Part shown: positions 54,613 to 64,000 of the stretch, piece after piece
How the letters are laid out: each line of letters begins with the position of its first letter
Position numbering within the stretch: the first letter of the stretch is position 1
Assembly: GCA_965195345.1 (NCBI GenBank)
Contig: OZ239628.1
Coordinates: 1,824,001 to 1,888,000, forward strand
From: an uncultured Thiomicrospira sp.
GTDB taxonomy: Bacteria; Pseudomonadota; Gammaproteobacteria; CAKMZV01
Length of the DNA: 64,000 nt
Direction: 5' to 3'
Notes under the pieces: model-generated
The model's input: only the letters and a program-made list of their open reading frames with translations
Told to the model about the DNA's origin: nothing
Databases searched by the model: none
Made by a program: the position numbers and the translations under genes

Positions 54613-55341
54613 ATGAACCTATTAAATTTATGGGAGTCGGTTTCTACACTCCCAATAACAGTTTCCGTTGCTGTCTTTTTTCTTGTCTTATTTCTGACAG
54701 TAGTTTTAGTAGGTCTGCCTATTTATTTTTTTGCCAAATCAGAAATCCCAGACTTAATCGCTCATTTTCGATCAATTCACACACACCGTCCAGAAAAATA
54801 CGCTGGATGGATTAAAGTAAGTTTATTTTTAGACCTTGTTAATAGGTTCTGCGGGCAATCGGTTGCTTGGCTAGCCCTAATCATGGTCTTAACTCAATTT
54901 TCTGTTGTTATATTACGTTACGTTTTCTCTTGGGGATCGGTGCAAATGCAGGAGTCTATCTGGTATATGCATGGATTAATATTTACCCTTGCCGTAGGGT
55001 ACACCTTACTTCGAGAAGGGCATGTACGCATTGATCTGTTCTATCGAACGACAAGCGATAAAGTTAAGTCTTGGATCAATATCATTGGCGTTCTCGTGTT
55101 TATTTTCCCCGTATGTTGGATAACCTTTAATATTGCCCTCCCGTATGTCAGCAATGCTTGGGCAGTAAGAGAAGGTTCGACTGAAGGCACTGGACTACAT
55201 TTTGTTTACTTGCTTAAAACGAGCATCCTGTTTTTTTCAGCCTTGCTTGCTCTTCAAGGCACTTCATTGTTGATTAAATCTTCTTTGATACTAAATGGCC
55301 TTGATGATGATCGTTTACTTAATTTTTCAGGTAAACGTTAA
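54613..55341 (+). CDS. dctQ: TRAP transporter small permease
   Basis: VVILRYVF, QESIWY, GHVRIDLFY, REGS. Confidence 0.9.
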   Translation: MNLLNLWESVSTLPITVSVAVFFLVLFLTVVLVGLPIYFFAKSEIPDLIAHFRSIHTHRPEKYAGWIKVSLFLDLVNRFCGQSVAWLALIMVLTQFSVVILRYVFSWGSVQMQESIWYMHGLIFTLAVGYTLLREGHVRIDLFYRTTSDKVKSWINIIGVLVFIFPVCWITFNIALPYVSNAWAVREGSTEGTGLHFVYLLKTSILFFSALLALQGTSLLIKSSLILNGLDDDRLLNFSGKR

Positions 55342-56954
55342 TGGATTGGATTGCTTCGCCTGAATTTCTTTCTCTGCTAATGGTTACAGGAACCTGTTTG
55401 TTCTTATTAATGGGTTTTCCAGTTTCACTAACCCTTGCAGGAAGCTCTTTATTGTTTGCCTTTTTAGGCGTTTATTTTGATGTTTTCGACTTTAGTTTCA
55501 TCTCAGCATTTCCTCAGAGAATTTTTTCGATTATCCGTAATGAAGTATTAGTTGCAGTACCCCTTTTTATATTTATGGGGGTAACTCTTGAACGTTCAAA
55601 AATTGCCGAAGATTTGCTTTCTAACATTGGAAAATTATTTGGATCTTTGCCCGGTGGGCTCGGTTATGCTGTGTTTTTAGTAGGCGCGCTAATGGCAGCT
55701 TCCACAGGCATAGTAGGAGCTACCGTTGTTACTATGGGACTACTTTCTCTACCCGTTATGCTACGCAATGGTTACAACCCCGCTCTAGCGTGTGGAAGCA
55801 TATGCGCTTCTGGCACGCTTGGACAAGTCATTCCGCCATCTATTGTACTTGTACTGCTTGGAGATCAGCTATCCACTGCATACCAACAAGCGCAATATGA
55901 ATTAGGGAACTTTTCTCCAGACACTGTATCTGTTAACGATCTCTTTGCAGGTGCACTAATACCAGGACTATGCTTAGTTGCACTATATATGCTCTATATT
56001 GCATGGACAACCATTCGAAACCCGCACAAAGCACCTCCTCTTCCAACTGTCGATGGAAAAACTGTAAAACTGGATCAAGAAATCTTAAAATCATTATTGC
56101 CTCCAATTATTTTAATAATTGCTGTTTTAGGTTCTATTTTGGGAGGACTTGCATCCCCAACAGAATCTGCATCCGTTGGTGCCGTTGGTGCTTTAATGCT
56201 GGCTGGATATCGTCTTAATCAAAAAAATCGTAAACCAATATTGATGGCATTAATTGCTTTCATAATTATGCTAACGCTCACTTACTTTGTTGATTTGCGT
56301 ATGCAACGCAAAGTTATTTCTCTTCATGAATGGCTTCTGATAGGAATAGCATTACTTTGTGCTCTTGTAATGATATGGGGCATATTTTTATCGGTTATCC
56401 ATTGTTACCGTCAAAAATTTCAAGACCAATCCGTTCTGGTTTATATAGTTCGAGAAACGACCACTTACTCAACAATGGTGTTCACTATTTTGATAGGTGC
56501 TTCTATGTTCTCCTTGGTATTTCGTGGCTATGGTGGTGATGAGATAGTTGAGGAGTTTCTCTCCGCTTTACCTGGAGGGACAATTACTGTTTTTTTGGTC
56601 ATTATGTTAACTATGTTTTTATTAGGATTCATTCTTGATTTCCTTGAAATTGTTTTTATCGTTGTGCCTATCGTGGCTCCTATACTGCTTACGATGGAGA
56701 TTGCACCAGGGGTGACCATTCATCCTGTTTGGCTTGGTGTCATGATGGCTATTAACTTACAAACATCTTTTTTAACGCCGCCTTTTGGATTTTCATTATT
56801 TTATTTACGCGGTGTAGCACCCAAAATAATACAGACCTCTGACATTTACAAAGGCGTTATTCCTTTTGTGTTCATTCAGTTACTCATGTTGCTCATTCTG
56901 TGGTTCTTTCCTTCTTTAGCCACATGGCTACCTGATGTCATTTACAGTCAATAA
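55341..56954 (+). CDS. dctM: TRAP transporter large permease
   Basis: AVPLFIFMG, ASTGIVGA, GTLGQVIPPS, PTES, NLQTSFLTPPFG. Confidence 0.94.
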   Translation: MDWIASPEFLSLLMVTGTCLFLLMGFPVSLTLAGSSLLFAFLGVYFDVFDFSFISAFPQRIFSIIRNEVLVAVPLFIFMGVTLERSKIAEDLLSNIGKLFGSLPGGLGYAVFLVGALMAASTGIVGATVVTMGLLSLPVMLRNGYNPALACGSICASGTLGQVIPPSIVLVLLGDQLSTAYQQAQYELGNFSPDTVSVNDLFAGALIPGLCLVALYMLYIAWTTIRNPHKAPPLPTVDGKTVKLDQEILKSLLPPIILIIAVLGSILGGLASPTESASVGAVGALMLAGYRLNQKNRKPILMALIAFIIMLTLTYFVDLRMQRKVISLHEWLLIGIALLCALVMIWGIFLSVIHCYRQKFQDQSVLVYIVRETTTYSTMVFTILIGASMFSLVFRGYGGDEIVEEFLSALPGGTITVFLVIMLTMFLLGFILDFLEIVFIVVPIVAPILLTMEIAPGVTIHPVWLGVMMAINLQTSFLTPPFGFSLFYLRGVAPKIIQTSDIYKGVIPFVFIQLLMLLILWFFPSLATWLPDVIYSQ

Positions 56955-56973
56955 CTCCTTAATTCTTTAGAGT

Positions 56974-57885
56974 GTGAGCATTAATCTACGCTCAAGACCC
57001 ATGCAGTTAGCGATAGCTGGTTTAGTTGCAACTAATTTTTTTTGGGCTTTAAACGCTGTTCTAGCACGCTTTTTTCGTGATGACATCGGCGCTTTTGACC
57101 TTAATTTCCTCCGTTGGTTTTTTGCATTACTAATACTCACTCCATTTACGCTAAAGCACGTGAAAAAAGACTGGGCTCTGATTAGAGCCAATTTGGCGAA
57201 ATTATTGGTTTTTGGACTATTAGGCGTTAGCTTTTTCAATTTTGCTCTTTATCAATCAGCGCATACTACTTTGGCTGTCAACATTGGATTATTCAATTCA
57301 CTGGCGCCTATTTTTACTTTACTGCTCGCTATCCCTATTCTAAAAACCAAACCAAACTTGATGGTTTGGTTTGGTGTGACAGTGACATTTACAGGCGCTC
57401 TTTTAATCATTTTTAAATTCAACTGGCTTAATCTGATCAACTTCAAAGTCTATCAAGGTGATTTTTTGATGTTAAGTGCTTGTTTTGTTTGGGGTTTATA
57501 TACCGTTTTATTAAAAAAATGGCCTATCAACATACATCCTTTGAGTCTGCTTTGGATAACCATAGCTCTTGGGCTTATCGTTCTATTCGCTATTTTATTT
57601 TTAATAGACACTCCCAATCCCTCACCATTTAATGCTTTGAACGCCACCACTGTACCACTTGTTTTGTACACATCGGTGTTCCCAGCATTATTAGCCTATC
57701 TTTTCTGGTCAAACGGTGTGGCAAAAATAGGAGCGCCTTTATCTTCAGTTTTTTTATATCTCAACCCTTGCTTTATTGCAATCATTGGACTTTATGTTCT
57801 TCAAGAATCTTTAGAATGGTTCCATGTTTTAGGGGGAGGGCTTATACTTGCCGGACTTCTAATTAATTTTAAATATCATAAATAA
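56974..57885 (+). CDS. DMT/EamA-family transporter
   Basis: About 10 TM segments in two EamA repeats; FWALN, LRWFFA, GDFLML, YLNP. Confidence 0.88.
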   Translation: MSINLRSRPMQLAIAGLVATNFFWALNAVLARFFRDDIGAFDLNFLRWFFALLILTPFTLKHVKKDWALIRANLAKLLVFGLLGVSFFNFALYQSAHTTLAVNIGLFNSLAPIFTLLLAIPILKTKPNLMVWFGVTVTFTGALLIIFKFNWLNLINFKVYQGDFLMLSACFVWGLYTVLLKKWPINIHPLSLLWITIALGLIVLFAILFLIDTPNPSPFNALNATTVPLVLYTSVFPALLAYLFWSNGVAKIGAPLSSVFLYLNPCFIAIIGLYVLQESLEWFHVLGGGLILAGLLINFKYHK

Positions 57886-57942
57886 AAAAAATTATTATTC
57901 CAGTGTGAAATGACTAAACTTTGCGTATTATCTTTATACGAC

Positions 57943-58040
57943 TTGAAAATTTTCAATTAAAAAATGATATATCATCGATATGACTTTGTTTTTTTGAAAA
58001 TTTTTCTCGCATTTGACATAAAATTAACCTTTAGTAGCTT
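57943..58040 (+). promoter_or_regulatory. Candidate pepA promoter (TTGACA-N16-TAGCTT) with two upstream perfect palindromes
   Basis: TTGAAAATTTTCAA at 57943-57956, ATGATATATCAT at 57964-57975, TTGACA at 58013-58018, TAGCTT at 58035-58040. Confidence 0.45.
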
Positions 58041-58098
58041 CATAAGAGCTTACTATCGGATCGTTTAGATTAACACTTCTTTACACTTTAGGAAAATC

Positions 58099-59880
58099 AT
58101 GCATCCATTAATCAATCTTGTTAATAATTCACCTGTATCACTTAGCTTGCTAACTAAAAACTATTTAAGTACCCGTTGTGATTGCATTATCATCGGAGTA
58201 TATGAAGATTTAAGCATTATAGGAAATGCTTTTTCAAATGCTCTTGAACAAAAGAAAGCGCCTCTATTAAGCTTTTTAAATCGCAATTCTGGATTTAAAG
58301 CGAAAGTAGGTACTTCACTACTGTGGCAAAAACCAAGTTTCCTTTTTACTCAACGCTTATTAATCGTTGGTCTCGGGGCAGAAAAAGAACTCTCACAAGC
58401 CGATTTTATTAAAGTACAGCAAACGATCTCTGCTACTATTCATGAAAACAGATGGGATAACAGCATCAATGCAACAACGGTCATTCCTGTAAAACATCTC
58501 AACGAACTTTGGAAGTTGCGCACATGTGCGATAGAGCATACAAAAGCATTTTACAATTACTTGTGTCCACTTAAAGAAACAAAAGCTCCTCAAATACGAA
58601 ACATTCAGCTTGTACTTCCTAAAAATCCTCAAAAACTTCATCTTTACAATGAAGTACTTAAAACAGGCGTGGCCATCGGAAATGGCATAAATGTGGCAAA
58701 ACAACTTGGCAATACACCTGCCAACTTATGTACCCCTACAGTTCTTAAAGATTTTGCTTTATCGCTTGAGAAAAAAAGCAAACATTTAAAAGTGCATATT
58801 CATGACAAAAATGCACTTGGAAAATTGGACATGAATGCTTTTTTATCGGTTTCTGAAGGTTCATCTCAACCACCATTTCTCATTGAGATACACTATACTC
58901 CTGAAAAGGATTGTGGTTTAAATCCAGTTGTCTTAGTTGGTAAAGGTGTCACTTTTGATACCGGTGGCATTTCATTAAAACCTTCTGCTGGCATGGATGA
59001 AATGAAATTTGATATGTCTGGTGCAGGCAGTGTTTTTGGTGCTATGAATGCTTTTGAAAGCATGGAAATTAATCGCAAAGTAATTGCTTTGATTCCTGCT
59101 ACGGAAAATATGCCCGCACACAATGCCACAAAACCTGGGGATGTTGTTAAGAGCGCATCTGGTCAAACTATCGAAATTCTCAACACAGACGCTGAAGGTC
59201 GTTTGATTTTATGTGATACCTTATCCTATGCGCACCGATTTAGTCCAGAGAGCATTATTGATGTTGCCACCCTTACTGGAGCTTGCGTGGTTGCTTTAGG
59301 CGCGCATTATAGTGGACTCATGAGCAATGATGAAAGCCTCGCATCTTCGTTGTACGATGCTGGACAACTATCGCATGATCGCTGCTGGCAACTACCTTTA
59401 GATCAGGACTATGATGATCAGCTTAAAAGCAATTTTGCCGACATTGCGAACATTAGTTCAGGTCGAGGAGCCGGCACTATTACAGCTGGTTGCTTTCTCC
59501 AACGTTTCATCAACGATGTCCCGTGGGCGCATCTTGATGTTGCAGGCACTGCTTGGTTAACTGGGGATAAAAAAGGCTCCACAGGTCGCCCAGTTGCATT
59601 ACTGTGCGAATACGTAATAGCCAGTAGTAAATTTCTTCCTCCCTCCTCAACCAAATCAACCTCTGTAGACTCCGAAAAAAATAGATTGCCCACTCGAGGC
59701 GTTATCGGTCCAATTATTGAAGATGGATTGTTAAAGGGATTGAGCAGTCAGGCTATTATTGCTAATGTTTTGGAAAAAGCGCCCGCTGCGCGTACCAAAT
59801 CAACAACCATTGCTTTCTACGCGCACAGACTGCGTAAAAATAACGTTCAATTACCTCCCAGACCTCGTAAGCACATATAG
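58099..59880 (+). CDS. pepA: Leucyl aminopeptidase PepA (M17) with extra C-terminal domain
   Basis: VGKGVTFDTGG, MKFDM, NTDAEGRL, ATLTGA, WAHLDVAG, GRPV, followed by ~85 additional residues. Confidence 0.93.
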   Translation: MHPLINLVNNSPVSLSLLTKNYLSTRCDCIIIGVYEDLSIIGNAFSNALEQKKAPLLSFLNRNSGFKAKVGTSLLWQKPSFLFTQRLLIVGLGAEKELSQADFIKVQQTISATIHENRWDNSINATTVIPVKHLNELWKLRTCAIEHTKAFYNYLCPLKETKAPQIRNIQLVLPKNPQKLHLYNEVLKTGVAIGNGINVAKQLGNTPANLCTPTVLKDFALSLEKKSKHLKVHIHDKNALGKLDMNAFLSVSEGSSQPPFLIEIHYTPEKDCGLNPVVLVGKGVTFDTGGISLKPSAGMDEMKFDMSGAGSVFGAMNAFESMEINRKVIALIPATENMPAHNATKPGDVVKSASGQTIEILNTDAEGRLILCDTLSYAHRFSPESIIDVATLTGACVVALGAHYSGLMSNDESLASSLYDAGQLSHDRCWQLPLDQDYDDQLKSNFADIANISSGRGAGTITAGCFLQRFINDVPWAHLDVAGTAWLTGDKKGSTGRPVALLCEYVIASSKFLPPSSTKSTSVDSEKNRLPTRGVIGPIIEDGLLKGLSSQAIIANVLEKAPAARTKSTTIAFYAHRLRKNNVQLPPRPRKHI

Positions 59881-59947
59881 TTTTTAAAGCGCATAAATAA
59901 AGATGACTCTTAGTGATAGTTTTATGAAAAAAAAACGTTTCCCTCAT

Positions 59948-60910
59948 ATGTCAAAACTACTTCTATCGTTGACTTTTTTCTCAACTTTAGCAATAGCAGA
60001 TGTGCGTGTTGAAGCGTTCGGTAACCTAAAGTCATACCCAACGCATTCCCTAGCTTCAAAAGTTATCGCTTTGAGAGAAAGTAATATAGGTTCACTCATC
60101 AATGCAAATGTTATTGAAATAAACGCCCACGAAGGCGATGAGATCAAAAAAGGGACTTGGTTAATTAAACTGGATTGTTTCAACTCAAAGATACAATTTG
60201 ATCAAAGAAAATCTGCATATGAACTCAACGAATTGAATCTTTCTTGGGATAAAAAAGAGCTAACCAGAATGGAAAATTTAGTGAAGAAAAAACATCTAGC
60301 TCAAGCTGCTTTAGACTCTAAACAAAGACAGTTAGAATCTAAAGTCGTTGAACAAAAACTTCTAAAAATCAATCTTCGACAGGCTCAAAAAGAAGTGGAC
60401 CGTTGCACTCTATACGCCCCTTATGATAGTACTGTTATCAAACGTCACGCAAATCTTGGTGAATTTGCCACTGCAGGGAAAACCTTAGTAACATTACTCG
60501 ATACTAAAAACACACTCGTTGAAACAGAGGTCCCCTTAAGTTTAATTGAGGATTTCAAAAATGCTTCTTCGCACTGGCTACAAAATGGCGAAAAACGTGT
60601 TAACTTAACCATTAAAACTATGCTGCCCCAAGCCAATCTCAAGAACAATAGTCGAACAGTCCGACTAACAGCGGATGAAGCGTTACTTATTGGCGAGCAA
60701 AGTCGGATTTGGTGGACATCAAACACACCTCGCATCGATGGCAAGTACTTGCATCGATATGATGGAGATCTCGGTATTTGGGTAGAGTCAGACGAGGATT
60801 ATCGTTTCATTCCCCTACCTACGGCACAAGAGGGGCGTAATTTTGATATTCAATTAGATGATGCGATAAATATTGTTACTAGAAACGTTCATTTAATCAC
60901 CAAACATTAG
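59948..60910 (+). CDS. Efflux RND periplasmic adaptor (membrane fusion protein), orphan
   Basis: Signal-like N-terminus; lipoyl half-motifs EGDEIKKG and LYAPYDSTV...GE flank a coiled-coil hairpin. Confidence 0.8.
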   Translation: MSKLLLSLTFFSTLAIADVRVEAFGNLKSYPTHSLASKVIALRESNIGSLINANVIEINAHEGDEIKKGTWLIKLDCFNSKIQFDQRKSAYELNELNLSWDKKELTRMENLVKKKHLAQAALDSKQRQLESKVVEQKLLKINLRQAQKEVDRCTLYAPYDSTVIKRHANLGEFATAGKTLVTLLDTKNTLVETEVPLSLIEDFKNASSHWLQNGEKRVNLTIKTMLPQANLKNNSRTVRLTADEALLIGEQSRIWWTSNTPRIDGKYLHRYDGDLGIWVESDEDYRFIPLPTAQEGRNFDIQLDDAINIVTRNVHLITKH

Positions 60911-61033
60911 TACAATTTTCCCTCCTCAGGGTCGCTGCCAAAGCAATCCCGTATCCTCGTCCTAGTTCATCAGTTTATTTAAAGAATACACCATTATGCT
61001 TAAATGCTTATTGCATCTTAAAGTGCATAAAGG

Positions 61034-61300
61034 TGACCTATTTCCCAAAAACTATACTACGAGATGGATGAGATTTCCGATAATCCTAAAAGGAGGTCTC
61101 AATGAAAAGAAGATACAGCGAATGAAATAATTAAGGCAGTCAAACACCATGAATCAGGGTTAAAAGTTGAAGATATAAGCCGTGATTTAGGACTATCTAT
61201 AGAGACTCTCTACAACTGGCGTAGCAAGGTTGCGGGACTGGAAGTCAATGAAACTAAACGACAATATCCTCTACCTGTTGCTCAAATCCTTGATGAGTAA
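61034..61300 (+). mobile_element. Decayed IS3-family element (left end plus frameshifted, truncated orfA)
   Basis: TG-initiated end tgacctatttcccaaaaa; AGGAGG RBS; ATG 61102 gives MKRRYSE*, then a shifted frame reads EIIKAVKHHESGLKVEDISRDLGLSIETLYNWRSKVAGLEVNETKR (IS3 OrfA HTH). No intact orfB. Confidence 0.8.
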
Positions 61301-61640
61301 GATTGAATTCGGATTCCACAAAAAGTGTAAAGCCTTCTTTGTAAGCTCCCTCTACCTGCGCAGTTAGATAGCTTAAAATGAAATATTTGAACGCACTTTT
61401 ATATGCAATTTTGATTATTTTCCGTGCGTTTATTTTTCAAATGAAGTGTAAACTAATCGAACCATATCGCAATTCTCACCTCACTATTCAATACTGTGCG
61501 GTTTTCAGTATGCTTTTTGGTTTAGCTCGTGAGCGGAGTCATCGGTTTTTGATTTCTTCATTTCAAAAACCGATATAGGAATATTCGTAGAGTGCTTCCG
61601 TCAGAAATTTAGTAATATCAGACGCAAAAGAGACGTTTAT

Positions 61641-64000
61641 TTACTCGCTGTCTGAAAATACTTCTTGAACAGCCTTTTCAGCCTCTTTGGATAAAGGAGC
61701 TTTGCTTTCTAAAGTATTTTCTGTGAAAACGTTTTCAATATTTTCTTCATTAGCTGAGATAGTTGAGTCTCCAAGAATGTCATGTAACTCTTCATCTATC
61801 TTATCAACCGCACTATATCCCGCCATGTCTTCCATGAGAAGCCCTTTTCCTTTTCTGCGAGCTTGTGTTTGGTGATGACGCAAACCAGTACCAGACGGAA
61901 TTAAACGACCTACGATAACGTTTTCTTTGAGACCGATCAGTTTATCACGCTTACCAAAAACAGCAGCATCAGTTAATACTTTGGTAGTTTCTTGGAATGA
62001 AGCCGCTGAAATAAAGGACTCTGTAGCCAAAGACGCCTTAGTAATACCTAATAGGATACGATCAAATTTAATGGGCTGTTTTCCTTCAGCAATCAAGCTT
62101 TCATTCATTTGAAGAGCACGATGGTAATCGACTTGTTCTCCTTGAACCAAGAAAGCATCACCTGGATCAGCCACTTCAACTTTACGTAGCATTTGGCGAA
62201 TGATAACTTCAATATGTAAGTCGTTAATTTTAACGCCTTGTAAGCGGTAAACACTTTGCACTTCATCAATGATGTAATTAGCAAGTGGTTCGACTCCTTT
62301 AACACGCAAAATATCATGAGGATTAGGTGCACCATCAACTAATACTTCGCCTTTTTCAACATGCTCCCCTTCGAAAACATTGATTTGTCTCCATTTTGGT
62401 ATCAATATCTCAACCGAATTGTTTTTTAAATCCGTAATAATCAATCGATACTTTCCTTTAGTCTCTTTCCCAAAAGAAACCAGTCCGCTAATTTCAGCAA
62501 GAACGGAGGGTTCTTTAGGAATACGCGCTTCGAACAAATCTGCAACTCGTGGCAGACCGCCGGTAATATCTCTTGTTTTTGATGATGCTTGTGGAATCTT
62601 AGCCAAAATTGTTCCAGCTCCAACAGCATCTCCATCTTTGACGTTTACGAGAGCGCCACCTGATAAATAGTAGCTGACAGGCGTTTTTGTTCCAGTGAAG
62701 GTAACATCTTTTCCTTTTTTATCAATCAGTTTAATCATTGGGCGATTATCCTTCGCCCCTGCATCAACACTTTTATCTACAATGATCGATGTCAATCCTG
62801 TTATCTCGTCAGTGCTTGTATCAATTGTCTGACCTTCGATGAAATTAACAAACTTCACAGTACCGCCCATTTCTGTAATCATCGGGTGGGTATGCGGATC
62901 CCATTCAGCAACAATGTCACCAGTTTTAACTTTACCACCATCTTTGACGTTTAATTGAGTGCCGTAAGCTAATTTATAATGTTCGCGCTGTCTCCCTTGC
63001 TTATCATGAACAAATAGTTCAGCTGAACGAGAGATATTCAATAAATCGCCATTTTGATTTTTAATAACTCGATGATTTTTGAGCGTTACTTTTCCGTTAT
63101 TGTTAACAGAAATTTCCCTCTCAGCTGCTGCACGAGATGCTGCTCCGCCTATGTGGAAAGTTCTCATAGTCAACTGAGTACCCGGCTCACCAATGGACTG
63201 AGCAGCGATAATACCCACTGCTTCGCCAATATTAACCAATTTTCCTCGCGACAAATCTCGTCCATAACTATGTCGTGACATGCCAAATTGTGTTGTATCA
63301 GTAATCGGAGAACGTACAAATATTTCATCAACACTGTGTTCATGCAATGCTTCTACTTGTGGCTCATCCAGCAGAACATTTGCCTCAAGTAATATTTCCT
63401 TTGTTCCAGGAATATATACATCTTTCGCCAAAACACGTCCAAGCACACGATCTTTTAGAGGTTCAACAATATCCCCACCACCAATCAAGGCTCCTTTAGC
63501 AATGCCTTCGTCTTTTGAGTATTCGCTTGTAGTTATTACTACATCCTGAGAAACATCTACCAATCGACGTGTTAAATATCCTGAGTTTGCTGTTTTCAAT
63601 GCTGTATCTGCCAAGCCTTTACGAGCACCATGTGTCGAGGTAAAGTATTGCAGTACAGTTAATCCTTCACGGAAATTCGCGGTAATAGGCGTTTCAATGA
63701 TAGAACCGTCTGGCTTCGCCATCAAACCCCTCATTCCAGCAAGCTGTCGCAGCTGAGCCATCGAGCCACGAGCACCTGAATCAGCCATCATATAAATCGA
63801 ATTGAACGATTTAACCTTGTGATGCACACCGCCTTTATCGGTTACATCATCAAACTCGATGATACCGATCATAGCTTTGGTTACTTTCTCATTAGTATGC
63901 GTCCAAATATCGATAACCTTGTTATATCGTTCTCCTTCAGTAAGCAAGCCACTTTGGAACTGCTTGTCCACTTCTTTTACTTGTTCTTCTGCTTGTTCGA
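61641..64000 (-). CDS. rpoC: DNA-directed RNA polymerase beta' subunit (5'-truncated by window)
   Basis: SGARGS, bridge helix [26 protein letters not shown], trigger loop [43 protein letters not shown]. Frame is open to the window edge. Confidence 0.99.
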   Translation of the reverse strand, partial: EQAEEQVKEVDKQFQSGLLTEGERYNKVIDIWTHTNEKVTKAMIGIIEFDDVTDKGGVHHKVKSFNSIYMMADSGARGSMAQLRQLAGMRGLMAKPDGSIIETPITANFREGLTVLQYFTSTHGARKGLADTALKTANSGYLTRRLVDVSQDVVITTSEYSKDEGIAKGALIGGGDIVEPLKDRVLGRVLAKDVYIPGTKEILLEANVLLDEPQVEALHEHSVDEIFVRSPITDTTQFGMSRHSYGRDLSRGKLVNIGEAVGIIAAQSIGEPGTQLTMRTFHIGGAASRAAAEREISVNNNGKVTLKNHRVIKNQNGDLLNISRSAELFVHDKQGRQREHYKLAYGTQLNVKDGGKVKTGDIVAEWDPHTHPMITEMGGTVKFVNFIEGQTIDTSTDEITGLTSIIVDKSVDAGAKDNRPMIKLIDKKGKDVTFTGTKTPVSYYLSGGALVNVKDGDAVGAGTILAKIPQASSKTRDITGGLPRVADLFEARIPKEPSVLAEISGLVSFGKETKGKYRLIITDLKNNSVEILIPKWRQINVFEGEHVEKGEVLVDGAPNPHDILRVKGVEPLANYIIDEVQSVYRLQGVKINDLHIEVIIRQMLRKVEVADPGDAFLVQGEQVDYHRALQMNESLIAEGKQPIKFDRILLGITKASLATESFISAASFQETTKVLTDAAVFGKRDKLIGLKENVIVGRLIPSGTGLRHHQTQARRKGKGLLMEDMAGYSAVDKIDEELHDILGDSTISANEENIENVFTENTLESKAPLSKEAEKAVQEVFSDSE

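Noticed and set aside
60920-60962. GC-richer patch (gtcgctgccaaagcaatcc) resembling a REP or riboswitch fragment
   Set aside because: Single degenerate copy, no complete stem, and not positioned upstream of a gene.
61378-61578. 66-aa plus-strand ORF between the IS remnant and the rpoC end
   Set aside because: No recognisable family or RBS; probably a spurious ORF in AT-rich DNA.

Overview
AT-rich (roughly 40% GC by eye, not computed), gene-dense chromosomal window, most likely from a marine gammaproteobacterium (judged from RpoC, Tgt, ETF-QO and PurC). It contains housekeeping genes with many usual neighbours missing (fmt-rsmB, pgi, sufBCDS, mdh, tgt, purC, pepA, 3' part of rpoC). These are mixed with N-methyl/C1 and small-molecule catabolic genes: a type III glutamine-synthetase-like ligase, soxBDAG, glxBCD/mgsABC, a TgnB/TgnD-like monooxygenase-hydrolase pair, mmsA-ACAD-thiolase, a TRAP transporter and an unassigned five-gene Fe/2OG oxygenase-SDR-FAH operon. 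There is one decayed IS3 remnant. No rRNA, tRNA or CRISPR array was seen. The most unusual observations are: (1) the RNA polymerase beta' subunit has lost all four Cys ligands of its normally conserved C-terminal zinc site; (2) PepA carries an extra basic helical C-terminal domain and sits behind palindromes; (3) a (TAGG)6 microsatellite abuts the -10-like hexamer of a 1260-aa secreted NHL + GbpA-like x3 + integrin-like protein; (4) the Fe/2OG oxygenase catabolic operon has no known substrate; (5) the LDH-like malate dehydrogenase has a 6-residue insertion in its substrate-specificity loop. All family assignments come from motif recognition by eye; no database searches were run.
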